Positions 24,009 through 35,710 of a stretch of 64,000 bases of DNA are shown here, one piece after another. The position numbers and the translations under genes were made by a program. The notes beneath the pieces were generated by a model. That model was given only the letters and a program-made list of their open reading frames with translations. It searched no databases and was not told where the DNA came from. Source of the stretch: Zootoca vivipara (lineage: Eukaryota); contig NC_083277.1 of the NCBI RefSeq assembly GCF_963506605.1, positions 104,470,001-104,534,000 of the forward strand, read 5' to 3'. The stretch's first letter is position 1. Each line of letters begins with the position of its first letter.

Positions 24009-25082
24009 TATTTTCACCTGCGAAATGGGTGTGCACTATGCCCACTGCCACTCACCTCCTAGAGCCACACCAACACATTTTTTGCGAGTTCTAGTTATTT
24101 ATGTATATTTACACCCTGCCTTTCATCATGGGACTCCAGGAAGCATAGGAGCGATTCCCTGGCAATATCCCATTTAAGTGCAGACCAGACCCAGGGGCCT
24201 GCTTTGTGTCTGCAAGGTGTCTTCAAGTGTGTGTCATTTGAGCTCTCCCAGGCGCCAGTGACATTTCCTGCCCCCTTTTACTACGTTCTTTAAATCACGT
24301 CTTTTCAGTTCAGTATTAAATCTTTCAGTTTGTGAGCCCAACTCTCGAGACATCTGAATAAGAGGAGCAGGGGCAGAACCTGAATGTTTTCAAACACTAA
24401 CCCAGTCTCTGGCTCTTCATGGAAAGGAGGGGAGTCCTCAGGTTCGGGGAGGCATTTAAACTTAGAAGCTCCCTAGGGAGCAGAGGAGCAAACTCCTAGG
24501 GGGCTCCCCCAATAAAATATTTGAGGGGTCCGAGCCCCCCAAGTTGATGACCATTGCCATTCAAAAGGTGTGCGTTCATTGCGTCAATGTGATAGATTAT
24601 TTAGGGCGGGGCTTACTTGCCCCCCACCCCACCGAATAATTTTTTCAAGCTGCTCCCCACAGCAAGCTAGAGGGAGGCGGGCTGCCCTGCAGGCAATCGT
24701 GCGCACGGAGGACGGGCCCGTCACGAGGCTCAGAGGGGTCACGAGTGGGAAGCCCGCGCCAAGGAAACGGGAAAACGGGGGTGGGAGGAAGACGGGCTGT
24801 ACCAACTGGAGCCCGAAAGGGGGGAAGACGGGCTGTACCAAATGGAGCCCGAAAAGTGGGGGGTATTTGAGGAATGTTGAGTGGGGGGTGTTTGAGGGCC
24901 GAGATGGTTACCCGGAGCCGTTAACTCCAAGTCGTTAAAGAACAGGATGGCAGCCCCACCACCAAACCCATTCAAATTCCTAGCTATCTCGCTCTTCCCG
25001 CTCCCGCCCCCTCAAACTCAGGGCTTTGGCCTCCATTCCCGTTTCTCCGGCCCTGCGGAGCCACACGCGCAACTCTACCCAC

Positions 25083-25085
25083 CAT
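25083..25085 (-). CDS. RPS26: RPS26 exon 1 coding part (ATG only); exon 1 about 25083-25112
   Basis: CTCTTTCGCCTCTTCTTGAGCGCCGAAATG|GTGGGT; joins exon 2 in phase 0, total CDS 348 nt = 115 aa. Confidence 0.9.
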
Positions 25086-25099
25086 TTCGGCGCTCAAGA

Positions 25100-25170
25100 A
25101 GAGGCGAAAGAGGATCCGGCGGCTGCCCTGCGATCCTTATATAGCTATCCCTCCGCCAGGCGGAAGCGCT
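25100..25170 (-). promoter_or_regulatory. RPS26: RPS26 core promoter: TCT/5'TOP start (~25112), TATA (25136-25143), ETS/GABP site (25161-25166)
   Basis: CTCTTTC pyrimidine start with TATATAAG about 25-30 nt upstream; CGGAAG. Confidence 0.85.
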
Positions 25171-25469
25171 TTACCTCATTTCCGCCCACGGTTAAAAAAA
25201 GAGGTTTTCAAAGAACGGGTTAAGGGAGGCGGGGGACGGTAACTCGCCAGAGTGTGTTTCGTCCTAGGGACAGAGAAAGCAATGATGTGGGCTTCCCCTC
25301 GCTCAGTCCCGACTCTGGCCTTTTTTAAAAATGGGATTATATTCCCTTTCCCTCCTCTGCGGAATGATTTTTTTAAAAAAAAGGAAGTGGTTTGCTGAAA
25401 GCCCGGATGTTTCCCAGGATGCATCGGAAGAGGTGTAAGGGCGAACGTTCTTGTTTCAGCTGCAAAGAT

Positions 25470-25489
25470 GCATGCCGGGAGTTGTAGTT
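25470..25489 (-). promoter_or_regulatory. ZNF143/THAP11-type SBS motif; second core TTCCCAGGATGCA at 25411-25423
   Basis: AACTACAACTCCCGGCATGC matches ACTACAnnTCCCAgcatgc. Confidence 0.7.
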
Positions 25490-25927
25490 CTTTCCTCTTT
25501 CTCGTCTTGCAAGGTAGTGCACGCAGGAAGATGCAGCAGTCTTCTCTCTTCCGCAAAGCACATGGTCATGATGTCGTCATGCGAAAAACTGGGCCTAGCC
25601 AGTTTTTTTGTTTTGTTTTCTGCTTACATTTCAACTATACATACTGTACTTTAGTGATTTCAGTGATTTCATTGGTTTTATAAGACTCTGGCTTTATTGC
25701 ATTGAAGACTTGTAGCAACAATATTATTATTTTTCTGAAACCATGGGCGTAGCTGGTGTGTATGTGCAGCTGCCTCTCCTAAATGAAGTAAATAAATAAA
25801 AATACTTAACTGACTAATCACATCACAGATAGCTCGGATCTACTACCCCCCCCCCCATAAATCCTGGCTGCGCTCATGACCAAAGCACTCTGGACAAATA
25901 CAATACACTCTGGACAAATATACAATA

Positions 25928-26354
25928 CAGTGGTACCTCGGTTTATGAACACAATTGGTTCTGGAAGTCTGTTCATAAACTGAAGCGTTCATAAACTGAA
26001 GCGAACTTTCCCATTGAAAGTAATGGAAAGTGGATTAATCTGTTCCAGACGGTCCGCGGAGTACTTAAACTGAAGAGTTCATAAACTGAAGCGAACTTTC
26101 CCATTGAAAGTAATGGAAAGTGGATTAATCCGTTCCAGGCGGGTCCGCAGAGTACTCAAACTGAAGCGTACTTAACCCGAAGCATGGGTGTAATTGGTTC
26201 CGGAAGTCTGTTCATGAACTGAAGCGTTCATAAACTGAAGTGAACTTTCCCATTGAAAGTAATGGAAAGTGAATTAATCCGTTCCAGATGGGTTCGCGCC
26301 GTTCGTAAACCAAAAATTCGTAAACTGAGGTGTTCATAAACCAAGGTTCCACTG
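25928..26354. mobile_element. Tigger-like MITE
   Basis: TA|CAGTGGTACCTCGGTTTATGAAC ... GTTCATAAACCAAGGTTCCACTG|TA; three internal repeats. Confidence 0.9.
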
Positions 26355-28349
26355 TACACTCAAAGACAATACACTCTGGCTGTGCTTCCAGCTTACTGCA
26401 GCCCTCCAGAATGATGCTGAGGAAAATGGTTTGCTCACAGAGACAGATTTAGGGCAGCACAACTGTTTTCCCACACTGAGCACCGAGTCAAGAGGGGCGC
26501 CGCAGGACATTGAAACTATGACGTGCACATGCAGAAAAGGCAGGAAGCACAGAATTTTGGCCTCACACAACACTGCTGAAATTTGAAAAAAACAAAATCT
26601 GGCCATGGGCATAGACTGCCAGGCTAGACCTGTTGGGTGTATGTTTAAAACAAAGATAGCCAATGTGATGCCCTCCAGATGTTACAACTTCCATCATCCC
26701 TGATCATTGCTGGGGGTAGGGAATTGCTGACTACTCCTATAGGTACTCCACTGTAGTGCCAAAAATATTTCTGTGCCTGCAAGACCCCCCTGGAAATTTG
26801 TCCTTTAACAGCAACAAAACCTTTTCAAAACTAGTTGACTAATGTATATTCATCGCTTGATAACCTGAATGAGCGAATCCCAACACCATAAACATTACAT
26901 CGCCTTACATCACCTCTGATACTACAATTTCAATAGATTCATTTCATGTTTTTGTTTGGCTCCAAGTCATAAATTATGAAAATGTTAACAACTCAGTCCT
27001 CCATATGAACTCCATTGAGTTCAATGGGACCAACTCCCAGGTACGTGTTTGTTGTGTGTGTGTAAAAATGCTTTACTGGGAGTCAGTCTCACATACTTCA
27101 GTGGGGCTTACTTCTGAGTAGACATGTTTAAGATTACATTGTCATTGATGATAACCCAAGCCATCTGCATGTGTTTGAGAGACCTAGTTCTAAAATATCA
27201 ATAGAATAAGGCCAGCAAAAGTAAAATTTAATAAACATTTAATAAACCATATCCCTGTTTTTTAGTGCTCCATATTTAAGATAATCCAGTTAAGGTCTTA
27301 CAATTCATCCCCAAAATATACTGGTTCAAACTTTGTATCTCAGGGAAGGAAATCCTATCCTACAGTTGTGGAGCAGCCAAAGAGAGGAGATGGGAACAGT
27401 GGGAACAGCTTACTGTGCTTGGCTGTGATAATGTTTTTGCACATCAACACAGAATTATTAAGATGACATTTTCAGTTGATCCTAGCTTAAAGGTAGCATT
27501 ATAAGAAAAGAAGAGAGATTAGCTAAGGTATACAAGCGGAGATTCCAAGCAGCTTTGGACGTTTTCAGGTCAAAATTCAGACCCTGAATTCCCCCTTTAA
27601 AGTAACAGAAAGCCAATGCTGATATGTCCCTAAAATGTCTGATTTCCATCGACCTCTACACACAATTGATTACTTTGCCATCCTTGTCCTCTCTAAAACT
27701 ATAGTTTGATCACTCCCTAAAATATTATTTCCAGAGCAGCATCAATTGTTCATAACACCAAAGTGTGATTAAAATTCATGGTTTTGAGTCAATCAACAAG
27801 TGACGGTATTGAAACCCCTTTTAAGATTGGAAGCCTCCCTTGGTGGCCACTTTCAGACCACTTACAGAATGTCCTGGGGAGGTTGAAAACACACTCGATT
27901 CCAGCTACTCTATCCCCATTTCCACGTGGAGAAATCATGAAAAGCAGGTCTCGGGAGCTGCACGCTCAGCCATAGATGTCAGAAGATGCGACTGCGTTGA
28001 AAATCCGTTGCTCAACAACCTCGGAAGAGCAACTGGTAATCTCAACGGACTCTGCTAGTTTTGGAATGGTTGTGGAAACAGCCACGGCACTGTGTGTGAT
28101 TTATTGTTGTTGAAACCCTGTGCAGTGCAGGAAGGGAACACGGCGCCTCTTTCCGTTAAGGTAGCACCAGAAAAGAGAACATTGGTGGGGTCTGTTTTTT
28201 TCGGGGGGGAGGGAGGGGGAGGAATTGGAACCAAACGAGTTTAAACCTTGCAAGCCCCAGGCTCTCGCTTTCTGCAGTGCCAGGGAACTTCGCCTTGCCA
28301 AGAGAGAAAAGTCAAGCTCAACTGTTCCAAACACCCATATGCAAACACC

Positions 28350-29420
28350 CCTCTAAGGCTGAGACGCGTCAAGAGTTAAATTGACTGGCAGCCCGATCCT
28401 CAAACCAGTTAAACAGGAGCCCTTGGATTTAAGCCGGCTTAGTCCTATTGAGTGAGAGCTAAGCCCTGGAGAGGCCCAGGAAGCCGAGAGGCGGTGGGGG
28501 GGGGGAATGCAATAGCCCAGGCGCCATCCTGCTCCGCCCTGGATTAAAAACCTCGGGATTTGAATTTTATTAAGGGGTGTGCAAGGGGGGGGTGGGATTG
28601 TGTCTGCAGGGCTCGAGATCCTCAGGGGTCCGCGCGGAGGAAAGAGCTGTGGGGAGCGGTGAGTTTCAGGGGCATCTGGGCAAAGGGGGAAGAGCTGACG
28701 CGGCTGCAGGGGAGGGAGAAAGGGGGGGGGAAATCAGGCGGAGCCGAAGAGCAAAATCCGGGTTGGGGGGGGAGAGGGGAGGGCTGACAGAGGAGGCAGC
28801 CGGAGGGGGGGGCTGATTCCTTTCCACGGATCTCTGCAGATCTGCGTGGAAAGCTTTGCAGGAGCAAGGGGAGGGGGACACACGCACACACTGGTCTCGC
28901 CTCTTCTTTGTGGAGTTGGGAAACGACGGCCGTGGTCTGTGCAAGCGGGAGGGGGGCCTCGCTTGTGTGGGGCCTGCTCCATGGAGCTGCTTCTCTCTCT
29001 CTCTCTCTCCCTTTGTCCAGCGTCGAGCCGTCCGCCCCCAACTGGCTGCACCGAGTCCCAAGCAGCCAGGCTTCATGGATGCCATGCCTTAAATGCAATG
29101 CTGCTTCTGCTGCTACCACCACTACTAATAATAAAAATGGGGAGGGGAGGCGGGGTGTGGGGGGGAGGGGAGCCATGGTGGGATTAATTTAATTCCGAAA
29201 AAAAAGACAAAAGGAGACAATCCAGAGTTTTGCGTTTTGCTCGCTTGTTCGCCGAGTGGGAGGGAACGGAAGGAACCTTCTTTCTGCTGAATGGTTGCAT
29301 TCAGGGGAAACTCCCTCCAGCGGGAAAGGCAGGATTCCCCCAAACTAGGGTTTCTTCCACCAGATCCGCGCGCCCCCCCCCCGCGCGCTTTGCTTACGGA
29401 ACACCCCTTTCTTTAGGACT
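28350..29420 (+). promoter_or_regulatory. GC/CpG-rich probable promoter and non-coding first exon of the zinc-finger gene
   Basis: CpG enrichment, GC box ctccgccc, candidate donor GCG|GTGAGT at 28658/28659. Confidence 0.5.
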
Positions 29421-31376
29421 CCCCATTTCCAGCCACTCATTGAAGGAAGAGTCCCATCAGACTTTGCTAGTTTAATTGGGGTGGGCCAGAAATGGATAAT
29501 ACCGGTAGGATCCATGCACAGGCCCCATTCTCACGCACTTGAGGTGGAGAGTGGGTTTTGTTTTTGAATTGGGGAGGGGGAGCCCCAGTGGATACCGCTG
29601 CCTGGTGGTGGTGGTGGTGGGGAGGGGGAGCTCTGCAGAAACGTACTGTATTTAACTCCTGAGCCGATTAAGGAATCTGCATGCTGAGCCTGCTTTTGGT
29701 CCCTGAGACAATAACACCTCTGTTTTCCCCCTTCTGCTCCATTCCTACTCTCTGGGCTACTCCGCGTCTCATAAGAACTAAAAACAGCCGCCCTGCGACA
29801 GAAATAATTCAGGCAGCTCCCATGGATGGGAGAGGGATAAATGTGTCCCAACACAGCCATCCAGGGAATTGAGTAATATCTAATCTGACTCTTGGAGGCT
29901 GAGTGAAAGAAAACATTAAGAATGATTTCACCACATGTGTGTAGTTGTAATAAACTGGGCAGCAAAGATGTCCATATTGCGCATAAATTTGGCAGACACT
30001 TGTTGCCATGTGTTGCTCCCAGAGAATAACATGTATTTTTTTGTATACAAAAATAAATCCAACAGATTGTCTCATAACAATTAGTTAGCACACTCAAGCA
30101 TCTTAAGAATTGATTTCCCAACATCAATGAACCAAATTCTGAAAGGAAGGAAGGAAGGGGGGTGGAGCTTCAGGAGTTGGACTGCTCCCACCCTCGTAAA
30201 TCTTATCAAAAGATTTCTGGTACTATATCATTTTTTTACCCAAGTTTCCCCTTCAAAGACTCAGGCTGCAGACACAGCATCCATTTAAAGCACATTAGCA
30301 ACAACACCCCAAACCCTGGGAACTGTAGTTTGTTAAGGATGCTGGGAATTGTCACTCTGTGTGGGGTGAAGCTTGTACCCTCCAACATTTCTCTGATGAA
30401 AATAAGGATGTCCTACCATACCTTCCAACATTTTTTCCAACAGAAATAGGAACGTCCTAAGGAAAAGTGGGACATTCCAGGATCAAATCAGAAACTGGGA
30501 CTGCTTCTGTAAATCCGGGATGGTCCCTGAAAAATAGGGATACTTTGAGGGTCTATATAAGCTACACTTCCCAGGGTCCTTTTGTGAGGAGGGGGAAAGC
30601 TTTAAACGGAGGTTGTGTATGCAGCCTCACACCCAAGCTAGGCTTCATATGAACCTGGAACACACCACAACTTCAGTCTTGAAATGTGTTTTAAGTGCCA
30701 GAATTCTGCTTAACCTGTGAAAGAATTATTAAACGATACCTGTGGGAATGCAGGAAGCTGCCTATTTGTCCACCTAGCCCAGTGTTGCCTGCCATCTTAC
30801 TGGGTTGCTCCAGCCACTCTGGGCAGCTCCCAACAAAAAAACAGTAAAAGCACAAAGCAACATCACACAAAAAAACAACTTTCCTCAACAGGGCTGCCTT
30901 CCGATGTCTTTTTCGAAACCACATAGCTGTTTATCAGTTTGACATCTGCTGGGAGGGTGTTCCACACTATCTGAAAGGGCCCTCTGCCTGGTTCTCTGTA
31001 ACCTCACTTCTTGCAATGAGGGAACCCCCCAGATTAATTTTAATTATTATTTTTCTCTCTTTCTTTCTCAGGAACAAGCTGCAAGTATCTGAACAAGAAC
31101 TCAGGCCTTGTCCGCAACCCTGCTGTTCAAACCCGCAAACACTGTCAGGAGCGTATTGTATACACTCGTAAGCACTAGATACAGAAAACAGGGGGGAAAT
31201 AAATAAGAGTAGGAGAGGATTCCAAGTGTGAGAGTAGTTGAAGGGTTGGGCGGCTGAGAGAGTGGGGATAAATCTGTCTCCAGAAAGGTAAAATGGCTGA
31301 ATAGTCGTGGGATGCGGCAGCCCTGGGTCTCCAGGTTCAGGAAAGGTTTGACAAGAAGACGAGGCCAGTAGCAAAA

Positions 31377-32084
31377 ATGGAGAAAGAGGCCCCGGCAGGC
31401 CCCAGGCCAGCAGAGGGCTTGGAGGGAGCAGGAAGAGAGAGCTTTGCCATCCGTCCGGGAGCCATCCAGGAGTTACCTTGCTGGGCAGTGCCGCGCCAGG
31501 AGGGCAGCATACCTCAGCACCTGCAAACGCAGTGGCAGGATTTCCTGAAGACGATGCAGTCCCCTCGTGCAAGATGGGGGAACCCGCCATTGCCAGAGCT
31601 GACCTGCTGGGACGACCTGGTTGCTTTCGAGAGGGCGTTTGGCGCCTGCCAGTGGCCCAGAGGAGATGCTCTGAACCGGCTGATGCCAGCCTTCAGCGCG
31701 GAAGCCCGCCAGGCGCTGAGCAGCAGCCTGGCCTACAGAGACAAGCTAGACTACGGGAAGGTGAAGGCCGCCTTCCTGCAAGGGAACTCCACCGGCACGG
31801 AGATCCATCGCCAACGCTTCCGGCAGTTCTGCTACCAGGAGGCTGAAGGGCCCCGGGAGGTTTGCGGCCGGCTGAGGGAGCTCTGCCACTGCTGGCTGGA
31901 GCCGGAGAGCCGTACGAAGGAGCAGATCGTGGAGCTGCTGATCCTCGAGCAGTTCCTGACCATCCTGCCGCAGGAAATCCAAAGCCAGGTCCGGGATCGA
32001 AGCCCAGAGACCTGCGCCCAAGCAGTGGCCCTGGCGGAAGGCTTCATTCTGAGGCAGCAGGAAGGCGAGCAGCAGGAAGAACAG
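31377..32084 (+). CDS. ZKSCAN-like gene, coding exon 1: capsid-like extension plus SCAN domain
   Basis: [54 protein letters not shown]; AAAATGG start; CAG|GTGAGG donor, phase 0. Confidence 0.92.
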
Positions 32085-32995
32085 GTGAGGGTAGCAGCAA
32101 AAGCAGAAACAGGGTAAAAGTGCATGCCAGTGGTTCTCAAACTTTTTTCAGAATAAAAACTTGCTCGTGCCACACCAGGGTTTTTTGTTTTTATGATTGG
32201 AAAACAACAAGGATCTAGCAGCGCTCGATATATAACATAGAACACAACTATTGTTATTTATTGAATATATATACCACCCGAGACCCAGGGGTCTCGGGGT
32301 GGTTCACAGAATAAAATCAAGATATAAAACTACAAAATACATATATAAAGGCAACGACCCAATAGCTCCCCCCCCAAAAAAAACCATTTTAAAAGGGCAT
32401 AGGATGTCAATCAGATCCACCAAAGGCCTGGTTAAAAAGGAACATTTTGCCTGGTGCCTAAAGGTGTATAATGAAGGCGCCAGGCGATCTTCCCTGGGGA
32501 GAGCATTCCACAGACAGGGAGCCACTGCAGAGAAGGCCCGTTCTTGTGTTGCCACCCTTTGGACCTCTCATGGAGGAGGCACACAAAGATGGTGATCTTT
32601 GTAAGATGATAATGGGACATCCAGAAAGTATAAAACAATGCAGCCACGTAAGAACGTGGATCATTCCCAAAATATAAATGAGCCTGTTACATATGTACCT
32701 TAAGTAGGTAAACAAACTCAGCGAGAGGCGTGAGCTTGCAGTATTGCTTGATGCTTTTGGAAAGATCTCTGCATATTCTGCAAAAAAATTTTTTTTGATA
32801 CTATACTATTTACTACACTGAAATGTTTAAAGGTTTCTTAGATTGTCATTGAATCTTTCCACTACACTTGCTAGCCTCTCTTGCCACACCCTTTGAGAAC
32901 CACTGTTTCTTTCTCCCCACCCCCTTTCTCTTTCTGCATGAAACCAAATGCCACTGTTGGGGTGTCATGTGGTTGGGGTTGTGGCTGCTGTCATG

Positions 32996-33045
<50 letters not shown>

Positions 33046-33465
33046 TACTATTATTATTATTATTATTTATACTCTGCCCATCTGGCTGGGTTTCCCCAAC
33101 CACTCTGGGTGGCTTCCGACAGAAGAATAAAATAATCGATTAAAGATTAAAAGCCTCTCTAAACAGGGCTCCCTTCAGATGTCTTCTAAAAATCTAGTAG
33201 CTGTTTTTCTCTTCGACATCTGATGGGAGGGCACTTCAAAATTCACCACTGTCCTACTGCATTTAACCCAGTCCTGTCCATCTGGACTGGCAGGAAGTTT
33301 CCTACCTTGTTCTTCATGATCTCACACACAGGTTGCTTTTAACTCTGCTGTCTCAGATCCATTGAATGGGTGTGCTAGGAATCGAGGTTTTCATAAATGC
33401 AAAGAACACCCTGTACCGCTGGGCTGTCAGCCTCTTTGTGAGCAGGACTTTCAATGCTGTTTCAG

Positions 33466-33592
33466 GGGCACGAGCCGTTCCAAGAGGTGGCTGTGGATTT
33501 TCCTGAAGCACAGAGAGCTCCGCTGGATGCCAGGCAGAGGCAGCTTGGCAGGGAGGCCAGGAAGCAAGATAAGGGCGGCGCCTGCCTAGTGG
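33466..33592 (+). CDS. ZKSCAN-like gene, coding exon 2: degenerate KRAB-A-like exon
   Basis: TTTCAG|GHEPFQEVAVDFPEAQRAPLDARQRQLGRE..LVG|GTAAG; 127 nt, phase 0 to 1, the usual KRAB-A exon geometry. Confidence 0.8.
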
Positions 33593-34706
33593 GTAAGGGT
33601 ATTCTCCAGAACTCCCTCTGGTACAATTGGTGTTGAATTTTACAAGCTCTTGGTGCCCACGGAATAATGTGCTTATTCGCCAAGGGTGGAATTCTATGTT
33701 CCTCTCTTCCATTCATTCCGTCTGCACAATAATTTCAGCTCTCGAGACAGAACAATACCCCCTTTCCTCCCCGCCCCCATATGCTGTTCTGCAGATTCTC
33801 GGGACCCTCCCTAAGCCAATTTGGAGAGGGGGCGCTTGGGAGAAGGAGATTAGGCGACATCATGGCACAAGTGTAGTAAGTCCTGCTGCTGCTGGGTCTG
33901 ATTAGGTGTATCCCACTCCTGGGGTGGATCTTCACTCATGGTTTATAATATTAAGGAATTAATAATTAATAATTAATAATGAATTAATTATTAATTATTA
34001 ATTAATTAATTAATTAATACCTATTGAAAGCTTCCCTAAACAGGGCTGCCTTCAGATGTCTTCTAAAAGTCAGATAGTTGTTTATTTCTTTGACATCTGA
34101 TCGGAGGGCATTCCACAGGGCGGGCGCCACCACCGAGAAGGCCCTCTGCCTGGTTCCCTGAAACCTCACTTCTCACAGGGAGGGAACCACCAGAAGGCCC
34201 TCAGAGCTGGACCTCAGTGTCTGGGCTGAGCTGAGTGAAAGGGGTGGAGACTCTCTTTCAGGTATACTGGGCCGAGACCATTTAGGGCTTTAAAGGTCAG
34301 CACCAACACTTTGAATTGTGTCTGGAAACGTACTGGGAGCAAATGTAGTTCTTTTAGGACTGGTGTTATGTGGTCTCAGCGGAAGAGTTAAGGAATGGTT
34401 TTCATAACTTAGAAGGACACATTACATTCTACTTTTAACGTTCATAATGTGTTATTAAAATGGGTGCTGCAGAGCAATGAGGAACCAGCAGTACGGAAGC
34501 AGCATTTTTACAGAGAAAACAAGGAAAGGAATGGTTTTTAATTTACCAGTATGCCCTGTGACGTTTTAGAATGATATATCTAATATCGTTCTAATAACGT
34601 TGAAAAGGTCGGTGTAGATCCAGCCCTAGTTTTTTTGTCCCCATCTTCCGCCCACCTTTGTAATGGCCCACGGCCCAACATTGTCATTTGCCTCCTCACC
34701 CTCCAG

Positions 34707-35710
34707 GCACCACCAACACAGCCAGCAGAACCGAGGAGCAATTTGAACATCGGGGATCAAGGAGGGAGGAAGTAGAGGAAGAGGCGGCAGCCCCCGCAGC
34801 CCCAGAGGGAGCCCAAAGGAAAGAGAAATCCCACCTCTGCATCGAATGCGGCAAGAGCTTCACCCGACCCTCGGACCTGGCCAAGCACCTGAACGTCCAC
34901 ACAGGGGAAAAGCCCTACCTGTGCGTCGAGTGCGGGAAGAGCTTCAGCCAACTCTCGCACCTTACGAGGCACCAGAAAATCCACTCGGGGGAGAAGCCCC
35001 ACATCTGCTCCGAGTGCGGGGACACCTTCAGCCAGCGGGCGTACCTTGTCAGTCACCAGAGGAGCCATTCGGGAGAGCAGCCCTACCGCTGCTCCTACTG
35101 CCAGAAGTGCTTCAGCCACCAGTCGGCCCTGAAGATCCACGAGCGCAACCACATGGGGCAGAAGCCCTACGCCTGCACCGACTGCGGGAAACGCTTCGTC
35201 TCCTCTTCCTCCCTCACCACCCACAGGAGGATCCACACGGGCGAGAAGCCCCACGCCTGCAGCGTGTGCGGGAAGAGGTTTATCCAGCACTCGAACCTCG
35301 TCTCCCACCAGCGGACGCACTCGGGGGAGAAGCCCTTCTCCTGCAAAGTGTGCGGCCGGAGGTTCGCCTACCCTTCCGACCTCACCAGGCACCAAAAGAT
35401 CCACACGGGCGAGAAGCCCTACCCGTGCGACGAGTGCGAGAGGCGCTTCACCAGGCTCTCCGACCTGATTACGCACCAGCGGATCCACACGGGGGAGAAG
35501 CCCTACCGCTGCCTGGAGTGCGGGCGGAGGTTCAGGCAGAGGGGGGTGCTGGTGAAACACCAGAAGTGCCATTCGAAAGAGAACCCAAGAGGAGGCGAGG
35601 CGGCGGAGTCCCAACCCGGCAGCGAGTTCAAACTCTGCGAGATCAAGCAAGAGAAAGAAGAGCTGGAGAGCCTGGCAGAGTCCAGTTTGATTCCCTCTCC
35701 CAGCTCCTGA
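34707..35710 (+). CDS. ZKSCAN-like gene, last exon: 9 tandem C2H2 fingers
   Basis: Nine CxxC..HxxxH units with TGEKP-type linkers; phase-1 acceptor CTCCAG at 34706; spliced CDS 1839 nt = 612 aa. Confidence 0.95.

Larger units (their letters stand above)
30765..34382 (-). mobile_element. Four L2-clade 3' fragments in or near the zinc-finger gene introns (~30765-31025, 32250-32590, 32995-33232, 34030-34382)
   Basis: Reverse-complement similarity to 7290-7925 (cagggctgccttcagatgtc, gagaaggccctctgcctggttc); span covers separate fragments, not one element. Confidence 0.75.

Noticed and set aside
22749-24017. Long Ala/Pro/Arg-rich ORFs of 200-350 aa on both strands
   Set aside because: By-product of a stop-poor GC-rich 100-bp repeat; the peptide cycles through frames because 100 is not a multiple of 3
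24786-24856. Short local tandem duplications (35 bp here; also ~25886-25927 and ~51415-51463)
   Set aside because: Ordinary slippage-type duplications with no further structure
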